This document shows positions 30,017-40,184 of a stretch of DNA of 64,000 nt, one piece after another. The stretch is taken from the NCBI GenBank assembly GCA_963745835.1, contig CAVUZH010000015.1, forward strand, positions 192,001 through 256,000, in the 5' to 3' direction. The DNA is from an uncultured delta proteobacterium (GTDB lineage: Bacteria > Desulfobacterota > Binatia > UBA9968). Positions within the stretch are counted from its first letter, which is position 1. The number at the start of each line of letters is the position of its first letter. The notes beneath the pieces are model-generated. The model worked only from the letters and a program-made list of their open reading frames with translations, searched no databases and was not told where the DNA came from. The position numbers were made by a program, and so were the translations under genes.

Positions 30017-30706
30017 CTACACGTCCCATCCCTTGACGGAAATGTCAACGCCGTTGCCTTCGGGATCGTGAAGTCGCACTTCAGCAAACGGAATGCGGCT
30101 GGGGCGGGCAGCGCCGCGGCGAATCCCCGCCTTTTCGGCGCGATCGCGGATCTGCTCGAGGTCATCTACGTGGAAACCGAAATGGTTAAACCCATTCTTT
30201 TCCTCACGCACTCGCTGGTACAGAAGCGCGAGATTAAAATAGCCATCCGAAACGAAGATCGACGAGCGATCGCTGTGCGCGACTTCCTTCATGCCAAACG
30301 CATCGCCGTAAAAATTCGACAGTCGTTTGGGATCGGCGGTGTAAAGCGCGATATGCCGTATGGGATAGCGGGTTTTCTCCGGCGCCAGACCGAAGTCTTT
30401 GGTCGTAAGATCGATCAGATTCTGATCAGGGTCAGCCACCTGAGCCTCGCTTTGCGGCGAAGCCTGCCCGCCCTTTTCTGATTTCTGCGCAACCTTGCCC
30501 AGATCTTCGACTTGAAAGCCGCTGGCGTGGAGTCCCGTGGAATCTTCCTTACTCTCTTTGAGGAAGGCAAGGGTGAACACGCCGTCCGAAAGACGAACCA
30601 ACTCGGGATCGTCCGTGACGGTTTTCAGTTCGAAAACCGAACGGTAAAAATCCGCAACGCGGCTGGGCTCTTGCGCTTTGATCGTGAGACAACGTAGCTG
30701 AGACAT
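30017..30706 (-). CDS. Two-domain VOC/glyoxalase-family protein
   Basis: Duplicated units (SDGVFTLAFL..DPDQNLID; RHIAL..SDGYFNLALL..HFGFHV..DPEGNGVD). Confidence 0.85.
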   Translation of the reverse strand: MSQLRCLTIKAQEPSRVADFYRSVFELKTVTDDPELVRLSDGVFTLAFLKESKEDSTGLHASGFQVEDLGKVAQKSEKGGQASPQSEAQVADPDQNLIDLTTKDFGLAPEKTRYPIRHIALYTADPKRLSNFYGDAFGMKEVAHSDRSSIFVSDGYFNLALLYQRVREEKNGFNHFGFHVDDLEQIRDRAEKAGIRRGAARPSRIPFAEVRLHDPEGNGVDISVKGWDV

Positions 30707-30753
30707 AAATCCTCCTTGATCCCTGGATCAGGGCTCCCGGTCATGGCGGCTGA

Positions 30754-32001
30754 TCATCGCGGTGCCACGAGTATTTCGTCACGCGGAAAGTAGTCCATGA
30801 TCTCCGCGCCGTTTTTTGTTACCACTAGCATGTTTTCCAAGCGCGCGCCGCCGACTCGGGTCTCTCCCTCGCGGGATTCCACCGCGATGGTCATGCCTTC
30901 TTCGAGAAGCTGCGGATGCTCGAATGACCACAACCGGTTGATGATCGGAGCGTCGTAACCGGTGCTGGTGCCAAGCCCTATGCCGTGGCCGATCTCGCTG
31001 GCGAGCACTTCGACTTCGCTCTTATAGCCCCACTTGCTCGCAGGTGGAAAATGCTTCGCCGCATCCGCTGTCGTCTTGCCCGGCTTGATCTCTTCGATCA
31101 CCGCATCGAGGCGCTCGCGAACTTCTTTATACCAATCTTTTTCTTTGGCCATCGGATCGCGGCCGACCATAAAGGTCCGGTAGGTGCAACTGCCATAACC
31201 CATGTAAGTGGCGCCGCAGTAGGAGCCGTACACCAGGTCGCCGACCTGGATGATACGATTGGTTGCATGACAGCCGCGATCGAAAGTCATCGGCCCGCTC
31301 CGCCAACCTCCCGGCACCGCAGCTTCCAAACCGATCTGATAGCCTGCGCTGGCCCCGACAGTCATTAGATCCGTATCTCGCATTCCCGGCTTCAAATTTT
31401 CCCAAATTCGATACCAGACGCCATCGACCATTGCCGCGCAGGTCTTCAAGCAACTGATCTCATCCTGATTTTTAACCATGCGGGCTTCGAGCAGGAGCTG
31501 CCGTGTGTCGACGATGTTTTTAACGCCGGCATTGACCAACGCTTCGCGCGCATTGCCGTCGAAGCTGCCTAATCCCAGTTTCTCGCCAAGCAGCCCGCGT
31601 TTCTCGAGCTCGGTTTTGATTTCCGCCGCAAAAGCTTTGGCCTCCGCCGCGCAGGCTTCCGGACCCGGCGAACCGGTGAGCCAGGACCGCGCCGGGCGCC
31701 ACTCTTTGATCCAGGGGCATTGGTCCGGCATCTGATGATAGTAACCATTATGCTCGTACATCACCGCATCGTGCTCGGCAAAAAACAGCACGTAACGGCA
31801 CATGGGATAGGCAAAACCCTTAAGCGCGGTGAGATAACGAATATTGTGGTGATTGGCTTCGAGCAGCGCGGCGATGCCGTATTTGCGCATCAGCATTTGC
31901 GCGCGTTCAACCCGCTGCCGGCGCATACGATCGGGATTGAATCGCTCCTGCCAATCCGCTGCTTCGGGACCGAACGTCAACTTGGCTGCGTAATTAGGCA
32001 T
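30754..32001 (-). CDS. M24 (pita-bread fold) hydrolase, creatinase/Xaa-Pro peptidase-like
   Basis: NIRYLT, ARMVKNQDEI, GHGIG, GMTIAVES and GARLENMLVVT motifs. GGAGG before ATG 32001. Confidence 0.85.
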   Translation of the reverse strand: MPNYAAKLTFGPEAADWQERFNPDRMRRQRVERAQMLMRKYGIAALLEANHHNIRYLTALKGFAYPMCRYVLFFAEHDAVMYEHNGYYHQMPDQCPWIKEWRPARSWLTGSPGPEACAAEAKAFAAEIKTELEKRGLLGEKLGLGSFDGNAREALVNAGVKNIVDTRQLLLEARMVKNQDEISCLKTCAAMVDGVWYRIWENLKPGMRDTDLMTVGASAGYQIGLEAAVPGGWRSGPMTFDRGCHATNRIIQVGDLVYGSYCGATYMGYGSCTYRTFMVGRDPMAKEKDWYKEVRERLDAVIEEIKPGKTTADAAKHFPPASKWGYKSEVEVLASEIGHGIGLGTSTGYDAPIINRLWSFEHPQLLEEGMTIAVESREGETRVGGARLENMLVVTKNGAEIMDYFPRDEILVAPR

Positions 32002-32142
32002 GGCTAACCTCCTGGACTGTTCGCTTCCAGTAGATACTTCAAGCTTGCGCTGCAATTCTTCACGCGAATCTATCTTGAACCACTCGCAGCTTGCAACAGT
32101 TCCTTGCGGCTATCCTGCGATAACCTCCTCAGTGCTTTTACG

Positions 32143-32174
32143 TTGAGCTGTTGAACGATTGAATTGTTGAACGT
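32143..32174. repeat. Four tandem 8-mers TTGA(A/G)nnn in a divergent promoter region
   Basis: TTGAGCTG TTGAACGA TTGAATTG TTGAACGT. Confidence 0.5.
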
Positions 32175-32261
32175 TTTATTCGTGCGTCACCTTCGATTGA
32201 CCGTCATTACTTCCTGTAGTATGCAGCGAACCATGCGCGCTACTCTGATCTGGGTGAATGC

Positions 32262-33212
32262 ATGAAGCGAACATCGGCCGCACTGACTTGGGCAAGTTTG
32301 ATTCTGGTCATTGCCGCTGTCGTTCCCGTCTGGTGCGCCGAGAAAAGCCTCGAGAAAGTTCGCATCGCGGTATCGTCGAAGTCGCTGGGATTTTTGGACG
32401 TGTGGGCGGCGCGCGAACGCGGCTTTTACCGCAAACATGGGATTGAAGCAGAAATCATCGCTATGCGCCCGCCGCTTACCATCGGCGCAATCCAGGCCGG
32501 CGAAATCGATTATGCCTTCGGCGCCAGTTCGATTTCTCGCGGCAGCATGTCGGGCGCCCCGGTAAAGATCGTCAGCCTGTCGCTCAGGACCTCGTTTCAC
32601 ACGCTGGTTGCGCGGTCGAGCATCAAATCGATCGCCGAGATAAAAGGCAAAACCATCGCCGTCACCATCGGCGCCGCCGATGATTTCGTCGCGCGCCTTT
32701 TGGTGCGCCGCGGCGGCCTCGACGTGCGCGATGTCAGTTTCGTCAACATGGGCGGATCGGACACGCGTTTTCCCGCGCTCGCGACCGGCAGAATCGATGC
32801 GACTCCGCTTTCATTGCCCTTCTTCGTCATTGCCAAGCGGCAAGGCTACAATCTCTTGGGAAGCGCCGCCGATGTGATCGACATGGCGACCGTGGGCATA
32901 GGCACGTCGACACGCAAGATCCAGCAGGAACGCGAGCAGGTGAAGAAAATGCTGCGCGCGCAATTGGATACTCTGCGCTGGATCAAAACCCAAAAAGCCG
33001 AAGTCGTCCCATTTCTTCAGAAATACTTTGATCTGGAGGAAGATGTCGCGGCCGAATCCCATGCCATCTACTCGCGTCTCATCGTCGAGGACGCCAAACC
33101 CTTGGCGGAAGCGATTAAAACCGTTCTCGACCAGCAAGGAAAACCTGACCTGCCGTTGGACCGGGTGGTGGATTCCACTATCGTCGAAGAGGTTCTGCGC
33201 GAACGGAGATAA
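32262..33212 (+). CDS. ABC transporter substrate-binding protein (NMT1/SsuA-like)
   Basis: Signal peptide, GFYRKHGIEAE, SIAEIKGKTIAV and ALATGRIDA motifs. Confidence 0.85.
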   Translation: MKRTSAALTWASLILVIAAVVPVWCAEKSLEKVRIAVSSKSLGFLDVWAARERGFYRKHGIEAEIIAMRPPLTIGAIQAGEIDYAFGASSISRGSMSGAPVKIVSLSLRTSFHTLVARSSIKSIAEIKGKTIAVTIGAADDFVARLLVRRGGLDVRDVSFVNMGGSDTRFPALATGRIDATPLSLPFFVIAKRQGYNLLGSAADVIDMATVGIGTSTRKIQQEREQVKKMLRAQLDTLRWIKTQKAEVVPFLQKYFDLEEDVAAESHAIYSRLIVEDAKPLAEAIKTVLDQQGKPDLPLDRVVDSTIVEEVLRERR

Positions 33213-33214
33213 GT

Positions 33215-34316
33215 ATGTCAGAGCAAGCCATGCGTGTCATCGATATCGACGGGCATGTTCGAGAGGCCGATGATTTGTGGCAACGTTATCTCGAGCAGCC
33301 GTTTCGCGCCCGCGCGCCAAAGATCGAGAGAGTCGCCAACGGGCAGCTGCTGTTTGTTCTCGAAGGCAAGCGCCACCATCGCAAGCCCGACGAAACACCT
33401 TTTCGTCTCAAAGGACGACGGCTCGCCCGTCAATGAACATCGCGATCTGGCAACCGATCCGCGCGCCAGGCTTAAAGATATGGATCGCGACGGCATCGAA
33501 CGGGGTCTGCTGTTTCCATCGGCCGGCTTGTACCTGACCTCGGTGGAAGAGGAAAGTTATGCGGCGGCATTGTGTCGCGCCTACAACAACTGGCTCTACG
33601 ATTATTGCGGCGCGGATCGCGGGCGGCTGCTGGCCGTCGGCGCGATTCCCGTGCAGGACGTCAATGCCGCGGTTGCAGAAACCCGCCGGGTGGTTAACGA
33701 ACTCGGCTTCAAGGCGATTTTTGTGCGGCCTAATCCGGTTAAAGGCCGCACCCTCGATGATCCCTACTACGACCCGCTCTACGATACGCTGCAAGAGCTG
33801 GGCGTGCCGTTGATGGTGCACGAGGGCTCCGGCGCTTATCTGCCAACCGCCGGTGTCGACCGTTTCGCCGGGGAGTGGTTCTTCACGCATACGATTTCCC
33901 ATCCGTTCGAACAGATGCTTGCCAGCTTGGGTTTGATCTGCAAGGGAACTCTGGAACGCCATCCCAGACTGCAGGTCGTCTTTCTCGAAGCCGGGGCCGG
34001 ATGGCTGCCCTACTGGCTATGGCGCATGGATGAGCATTACGAGATTCTTCCGTTTCAAGTGCCATGGCTGAAAATGAAACCGAGCGACTATTTCCGCCGC
34101 CAGTGCTTCACCTCGTGCGAGCCCGACGAAACCCGTTTGGGCGAAGTCATCGAGTCGATCGGCGCAGAGCGGGTTCTATTCGCATCCGATTATCCGCATT
34201 GGGATGCCAAGCTGTCCGGTTCACCACAAGCAGTCATCGATCGCGCAGATATCGCCGCCGACGCGAAGAGAAGAATCATGGGTGAGAACGCCGCCCGACT
34301 ATTGCGAATGGATTAG
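33215..34316 (+). CDS. Amidohydrolase_2 family protein (frameshift near 33410)
   Basis: IDIDGHVRE in ORF 33215..33436. PLMVHEG, LEAGAGWLP and FASDYPH in ORF 33234..34316. Confidence 0.87.
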
Positions 34317-34409
34317 CGCCGGCAACCTATTGGATTTGTCTGTATCGTTCCGCTTACGTGATCCGAGTATTCTAGATAAGTTCGATTCAACAAGAGGATT
34401 GGAGGATTA

Positions 34410-35186
34410 ATGGCTGAAACACAAAAATTGGTTTCATCGATGGGCAAAGCTGAGCTCGATAAAATTTTCGTGCGCGGCTACGATCTGAATGAACAACTGC
34501 TCGGCAAAATTTCTTTCGCGCAAATGGTTTATTTAATGATCGTCGGCCGCATGCCGACAGCGGAAGAAGGCCGCATGATCGATACCATGCTGATCGTGCT
34601 AGTCGATCACGGCATGACCACCGGCGCGGCGGCGGCGCGAATGACGTTTCACTCCGCCCCTGAAGCGATCCAAGGAGCGGTCGCCGCGGCCATTCTCGGC
34701 GCCGGCAGCGTTCATCTCGGCTCTTCGGAACACTGCGCGAAAATGCTTCATGATGCATTGCCGCCGGACTCGAAAGAGACCGATCTCGACGCCATCGCTC
34801 AAGCAGCCGTGGAGAAGCGGCTCGCCAATAAACAAGTCGTGCCGGGCATCGGTCATGGCATTCACACTGGCGGTGATCCGCGCGCCGAGAGATTATTTCA
34901 AGTTGCGCAAGAAACAAAAGTCTACGGCCGCTATTGCGAGCTGCTGCGAAAAATCGGCAAAGTCGCGGACCAACGGGTGGGCAGACATCTGCCGGTAAAC
35001 GTCACTGGCGCCATCGCGGCAATCTCGATGGACATGGGCTTGCATTGGCAGATGTCCAAGAGCTTTGCCATCCTAGGCCGCGCCTTGGGAGGGCTCGCTC
35101 ATGTGGGCGAAGAAATCCGCCGGCCCATCGCCCGCGGCATCTCCAATTTGATTCGCGACAATCTGCAATACGAACCGGAGAAGTAA
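34410..35186 (+). CDS. Citrate-synthase-fold citryl-CoA lyase-like protein
   Basis: VRGYDL, LVDHG, PGIGHGIH..DPR and PVNVTGAI motifs; 258 aa; GGAGG RBS. Confidence 0.85.
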   Translation: MAETQKLVSSMGKAELDKIFVRGYDLNEQLLGKISFAQMVYLMIVGRMPTAEEGRMIDTMLIVLVDHGMTTGAAAARMTFHSAPEAIQGAVAAAILGAGSVHLGSSEHCAKMLHDALPPDSKETDLDAIAQAAVEKRLANKQVVPGIGHGIHTGGDPRAERLFQVAQETKVYGRYCELLRKIGKVADQRVGRHLPVNVTGAIAAISMDMGLHWQMSKSFAILGRALGGLAHVGEEIRRPIARGISNLIRDNLQYEPEK

Positions 35187-35251
35187 TACGGTTCGGCGCG
35201 AAGTAATTGAAAGGTCCTCGAACGGGAAGCCTCGTGCTCTAAGCGACCGGG

Positions 35252-36898
35252 ATGACCGGAACTAAAATGTCGCCTGACACTCACACCACAATACCGGTCC
35301 TTATAGTCGGCGGCGGACCAGTTGGATTAACGCTCGCGCTGGAGCTCGGCTGGCGCGGCATCCGCTGTCTGCTAGTCGAGCCTAATGAGAACTTTGACGG
35401 CAATCCCAAAGCCAAGACGGTCCACCAGCGGACGCTGGAGCTGTTTCGTCGCTGGGGCCGAGGCATTCCCGAGAAATTGCGCGCGGCGGCGCCTCTCGGC
35501 GCGGACTTTCCCTCGACCATCTTGTACGTCACCCGGCTAACGGGCCAGCTGATCACGGCGTTGCGCAATGCCACCCCCGCCGATAGCGGCAACCGCTTCA
35601 GTCCCGAGCGAACATTGCGCATCCCGCAGTCGTTCCTGGAACCCGTCCTGCGTGAGGAAGTACGGCAGATGCCATCTGTCATTCTTCGGTTGGGCTGGAA
35701 GCTGGAGCGCTTCGAACAGAGGCCCGGTGAGATCCGGGCCGAGATCGTGCACGCGGAGAGCGGAGCGCGCCAGGAAATTTGTGCGCGATACGTGGCCGGC
35801 TGCGACGGCGGCCGAAGCACGGTCCGCAAGCAGCTGGGCATCCGCATGGATCATTGGCCAGGTCTCAAACAAGCGCTCGGAGGCGTTTTCCGCGCGCCGA
35901 CGTTGTGGTCTACGCTGACCTTTGAAAAGGCCTTCCACTATAATGTCTTGAATGACGACTTGCCGCACCTCGCCGTGGTTGGTCCGCTGCACCCGCCGGA
36001 CGCGTGGTTCTTCGACTTGATGGGCGTCGACCCTGACACCCTCGATCCAGCTGAGGTCATCCGCAACATCGTTGGCCGGCCAATCCCATTTGAGTTACAG
36101 CACGTCGCACCATGGACTGTCCACAACGCTCTGGCGGAGCGCTATCGTCAAGGCGGTGTTTTCCTGTTGGGCGATGCTGCCCACCTGCAGTCGCCGAGCG
36201 GCGGCTACGGCATGAACGGCGGCGTCGGCGATGCCGTCAACTTCGGCTGGAAATTGGCAGCCGTCCTCCAAGGCTGGGGCGGCGAGGATTTGCTGGACAC
36301 GTACGAGATCGAGCGACGTCAATTCCACGTCCGAGCTCTAGAGGAGTCGATCCGGAACGCAGAGGACAACGAACTCCTTACACCGGGCCTCGAGGACCCC
36401 ATCGATGGTCCAACTCTACGCCAAACGTTGGCGGAGCGGATTCAGCTGACCAAGCCTAAGAACTTCCAGAGTTTGGGCGTAAGCCTCGGCTATCGCTACT
36501 CGACCTCCCCGGTTATTTTGCCGGACGGCACGCCACGGACGCCGTACGAGACCTCGCGCTACATCCCAACAGCTCAGCCGGGCCACCGCGCCCCTCATAC
36601 CTGGCTACCCGATGGCACGGCATTGTTCGACCACTTTGGCCAGGGCTTCACGCTTCTGAGGCTCGGATCGAGCGAGGCGGACTGCTCCAGTCTCGAGCGT
36701 GCCGCCTGCAAGCGTGGAGTGCCGCTCACCGTCTTGCGACGCTCCGAGCCCGAGCTTCGCGAGCTCTATCAGTCCGACTTGGTCCTTGTGCGCCCGGACC
36801 AGCACGTCAGCTGGCGTTCTGACACGGAGCCGGAGAATCCCGCTGCTGTCATCGATATTGTTCGCGGCGCTTTTAATGAGGCGGAGCGTAACCGATGA
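35252..36898 (+). CDS. FAD-dependent aromatic-ring monooxygenase (FAD_binding_3)
   Basis: GGGPVG, GCDGGRSTVRK, GDAAHLQSPSGGYGMN..DAVN and LVRPDQHV motifs. Confidence 0.92.
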   Translation: MTGTKMSPDTHTTIPVLIVGGGPVGLTLALELGWRGIRCLLVEPNENFDGNPKAKTVHQRTLELFRRWGRGIPEKLRAAAPLGADFPSTILYVTRLTGQLITALRNATPADSGNRFSPERTLRIPQSFLEPVLREEVRQMPSVILRLGWKLERFEQRPGEIRAEIVHAESGARQEICARYVAGCDGGRSTVRKQLGIRMDHWPGLKQALGGVFRAPTLWSTLTFEKAFHYNVLNDDLPHLAVVGPLHPPDAWFFDLMGVDPDTLDPAEVIRNIVGRPIPFELQHVAPWTVHNALAERYRQGGVFLLGDAAHLQSPSGGYGMNGGVGDAVNFGWKLAAVLQGWGGEDLLDTYEIERRQFHVRALEESIRNAEDNELLTPGLEDPIDGPTLRQTLAERIQLTKPKNFQSLGVSLGYRYSTSPVILPDGTPRTPYETSRYIPTAQPGHRAPHTWLPDGTALFDHFGQGFTLLRLGSSEADCSSLERAACKRGVPLTVLRRSEPELRELYQSDLVLVRPDQHVSWRSDTEPENPAAVIDIVRGAFNEAERNR

Positions 36899-37097
36899 GC
36901 AATGAATTCGCAGCCAGGTCTCTAAAGCAGAGTAACCAGTTTATTGTTTCGCCTTACACGCTTACTGCGCACAAGTTGGGAGGAGCGGGTGTGTATCAAC
37001 GCCACTGTCGCAACCGTGCGTAAAGGCGTTCACTATTTTATAAGGACCAAGCGGCCGCGGTTTGTCTGATCATTCTCTGGCGGCTGAAGGAAAGTAC

Positions 37098-38135
37098 ATG
37101 AATTTATTTCGCACGCTGTTAAATTGTTTACTCTTAGTCGCCGTACTGTCGAGCAACGCCCGTGCCCAAGCCGATCCGTTCTTCAAAGGCAAGCAAATCA
37201 AAATTATCGTTGGCTTTACCGCCGGTGGAATCGTCGATTTATGGGCCCGGTTGTTTACCCAATACATGGGCAAATACATTCCCGGCAATCCCGACGTGAT
37301 CGTTCAAAACGTGCCCGGCGGCGGCTCGATGATCGCGGCTAACCAGCTTTATAACATTGCCAAGCCGGACGGGCTGACTCTGGGAATGGTTTCCACCGGG
37401 CTCTACTTCGATCAACTGATGGGACGTAAGGAAGTTCAATTCGATTGGGGTAGGTTTGGTTGGATAGGTTCGCCGGTGCGCAATTTCGAAGTACTGACAA
37501 TGCGCGCTGATACGCCGTTTCGAACCATTGAGGATATTCAGAAAGCATCGCAGCCGCCGCGCTGCGGCACCACAGGCACAGGCGCCACCGGCCACTATTT
37601 TCCGAAATTCATCGATGAGTCGCTCGGCGCAAACATTCAAATCGTATTGGGCTATCCAGGGAACCGGGATGTTGAAGTGGCCATCGAACGTGGCGAGGTT
37701 CACTGCTACGCGATCACCAAGGAGGCATTCCTGCGCGATCCCGGTCGTTCGTGGCTGAAGAAAGGATTTGTCCGCGCGCTGGTGCAAGGCGGCCAAAAAC
37801 GCGATCCTTTGTTTCCGGATACACCGACGATATATGAGCTGATGGACAAGCACAAAACTCCCGAGGAGCTGAAACGTTTTGCGTCGGTGCTGCTCTCACC
37901 CGGCGCCATCGGCCGGCCGCTGATGACGCCGCCGAATATGCCGGCGGAAAGACTCAAAACACTCCGCGATGGCTACGCTAAAATGATCGCCGACCCGGAT
38001 TTTCTCGCCGACGCCAAAAAACGCGAGTGGGATGTGGAATACATTAGTGGGGAAGATCTGGAAGCAATGGCTAAGAAAGCGGTAAATCAGTCGCCGGACA
38101 CGATCGCGCGACTTAAGAAGATCTTGGCGGAATGA
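37098..38135 (+). CDS. Tripartite tricarboxylate transporter (Bug/TctC-like) binding protein
   Basis: IIVGFTAGG..D..AR, QNVPGGGS, AKPDGLTL and GYPG..AIERGEV motifs. Confidence 0.88.
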   Translation: MNLFRTLLNCLLLVAVLSSNARAQADPFFKGKQIKIIVGFTAGGIVDLWARLFTQYMGKYIPGNPDVIVQNVPGGGSMIAANQLYNIAKPDGLTLGMVSTGLYFDQLMGRKEVQFDWGRFGWIGSPVRNFEVLTMRADTPFRTIEDIQKASQPPRCGTTGTGATGHYFPKFIDESLGANIQIVLGYPGNRDVEVAIERGEVHCYAITKEAFLRDPGRSWLKKGFVRALVQGGQKRDPLFPDTPTIYELMDKHKTPEELKRFASVLLSPGAIGRPLMTPPNMPAERLKTLRDGYAKMIADPDFLADAKKREWDVEYISGEDLEAMAKKAVNQSPDTIARLKKILAE

Positions 38136-38239
38136 GCCATTCTGAGCAAGTCGAGCGAGCTTTGACTCTGGCCCGTTTAGAAAAATCACAAATGTCTGTG
38201 GGGCATCTTAGCGCCTCACCATAGTAGGAGAGAAAATCT

Positions 38240-39037
38240 ATGCTTACACGCGTTAAAATCGACAATCGAATGGACGGCTTTCTCGGCAAGCCGGCCGGCG
38301 CCGGCAAACGCCCGGCGGTCATTCACCTGCACGAGCGCTACGGCATCGTGCAACACACAACGGATCTGGCAGAGAAATTCGTCGAGGCCGGATATGTGAC
38401 GATCGCACCGGATCTTTTCTCTCGCTTTACCGGCGATCGCGCCGCGTTGGCAGCGGGTAACGATCGATGTGACCTGGACGACGAACAAGTGCTGGGAGAC
38501 ATCGATGCGGTGGTCGCCTATTTACGTACAGTGCCTGAGGCCGACACGGGGAGAATCGCGATCTCCGGCGTGTGCCAGACCGGCCGGCAGCCGATTCTCA
38601 TGGCCGCCAAGCGCGATTACATCTGCGCCGCCGCGGTGCTTTACGGCGCTGTTTACGATGCCGATTGGAAATCCGATCCACGCCGGCCTGAACCCATCGA
38701 CAAGCTAATCGAGCAGATGAAATGTCCGATGGTAGGAGTCTTCGGTGAACTGGACAATCTGATTCCGTTAAATAACATCATTCGAATGATCGAGGTATTA
38801 GCCAGGGCGAAGAAAAGTTTTGACGTTCGCGTCTATCCCGATGCGCCGCATGGCTTTCTCAACGATACCATGCCCGGCCGTTTTCGTCCGGAACCGGCGC
38901 AAGCGGCCTGGAAGCAGATCACTAGCTTCCTGGACGCCGCCTTTGACGGAAAGTTTAGCAAAGAGCGGGCGCTGTGGCGCTTCGAGAGCGATTCGTCGGT
39001 GAATTACGATTTCACCAAGATGAAACGGTGGGAGTGA
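38240..39037 (+). CDS. Dienelactone hydrolase family protein
   Basis: HERYG, APDLF, nucleophile GVCQTG, GELD and YPDAPHGF motifs. Confidence 0.88.
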   Translation: MLTRVKIDNRMDGFLGKPAGAGKRPAVIHLHERYGIVQHTTDLAEKFVEAGYVTIAPDLFSRFTGDRAALAAGNDRCDLDDEQVLGDIDAVVAYLRTVPEADTGRIAISGVCQTGRQPILMAAKRDYICAAAVLYGAVYDADWKSDPRRPEPIDKLIEQMKCPMVGVFGELDNLIPLNNIIRMIEVLARAKKSFDVRVYPDAPHGFLNDTMPGRFRPEPAQAAWKQITSFLDAAFDGKFSKERALWRFESDSSVNYDFTKMKRWE

Positions 39038-39107
39038 TCATCGGATCCGCAAAGAATCTCAGATTGCGGATCTCAGACCTGAAGACGCTCAGGTTTGACC
39101 GATCAAA

Positions 39108-39139
39108 AAAAGGGAGCGGAATTTTTTCCGCTCCCTTTT
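39108..39139. terminator. Bidirectional intrinsic terminator
   Basis: AAAAGGGAGCGGAA-TTTT-TTCCGCTCCCTTTT between convergent genes. Confidence 0.85.
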
Positions 39140-39160
39140 GGTTTCACTACTTACCCTTGC

Positions 39161-39400
39161 TTAGAGAAATTTTCCTACAAGATACTGGCTGATTTCCTCG
39201 GAACCGCGCAGCGGCTTACCATCGATCACGAGAACGGGAACCGTTTTTGCGCCACAGAGCGCAATTAACTCCTTCTCATACTCGGGATTCTCCCGAATAT
39301 TTTTCTTGGTGATCTTATCTTCGCAGCCCAAGTTGGTCATGCAATTCAGCACGCTCTGGGAAAAGCCGCACTCATTGTAGAAGTACAGTTCTAACTGCAT
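39161..39400 (-). CDS. Glutaredoxin-like protein (monothiol CGFS)
   Basis: YFYNECGFS, TVPVLVIDG and GSEEI motifs. Confidence 0.85.
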   Translation of the reverse strand: MQLELYFYNECGFSQSVLNCMTNLGCEDKITKKNIRENPEYEKELIALCGAKTVPVLVIDGKPLRGSEEISQYLVGKFL

Positions 39401-39407
39401 ATCTTGA

Positions 39408-39884
39408 TTAACGCTTTTCGTTGTTAACTTTTTGCGCTTCCGCCAAAAGCTCCTTCGGGTTCCTTTCGCCGGCAGGAGTGACGGATTTTGCGTAACGAAC
39501 CACGCCTTGCTTATCGATGATTACGGTGGCGCGGTCGGTGATTCCCTTATCCTCGAGAAAAACGCCGTACTTTTTCGCCATCTCGCCTTTGGGATGAAAG
39601 TCCTGTAGCAGCGGGAATGACACACCGCCGCAGGATTTGGCCCAGTTATCGTGGGAAAATCTGCTGTCAACGCTTACACCCATAACTTGGGTGTCAGAGG
39701 CTTTGAACTCTTCTTTAAGAGCTTCCAAGCCCGGTATTTCCTTGGTTCAAGTCGGCGTCCAATCCAGCGGATAGAACACCAACATGACATTTTTCTGCCC
39801 CTTGAACTGGCCCAGCGTAAACTTGGTTCCACCCAAGTGACTCGCCAGTTCGAAATCAGGAGCTTGTTTACCGACTTCGATCAT
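39408..39884 (-). CDS. AhpE-like peroxiredoxin, probable selenoprotein (UGA at codon 46)
   Basis: From ATG 39884 (GGAGG RBS): MIEVGKQAPDFELASHLGGTKFTLGQFKGQKNVMLVFYPLDWTPT-TGA-TKEIPGLEALKEEF..GVSVDS..FPLLQDFHPKG..RATVIIDKQG. The TGA (39747-39749) occupies the peroxidatic PxxxTxxC position, in frame with ORF 39408..39728. Confidence 0.85.
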
Positions 39885-40057
39885 GATGCTTCCTCCCTTT
39901 TGAAATTATCGCGTTCGCGACTAATTAACTATATCGAAATGCCGGGGCTTTTCAACATTCTGGCCAACTGAAAGCAGGTTAATCATGGGGCCTTCACTGC
40001 AATAAACTAACGCGCAGCAAGGTGCCCAGTATCGATCATTCGTGACTTATTCGAAAT

Positions 40058-40135
40058 CGTCACCCCCGAATGTTTTAATCGGGGGTCCAGTTCCGAACTC
40101 GCCTGGATTCCCGCTAAAAGCATGCGGGAATGACG
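40058..40135. repeat. CGTC-tagged REP doublet (empty form of the GIY-YIG element)
   Basis: CGTCA-CCCCCGA..TCGGGGG-TCCAG, 12-nt spacer, CTGGA-TTCCCGC..GCGGGAA-TGACG. Confidence 0.8.
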
Positions 40136-40184
40136 GACTAGGATTCACCCATTTCGCGGCAAGACGCGAGATAACCCGCGGCGA

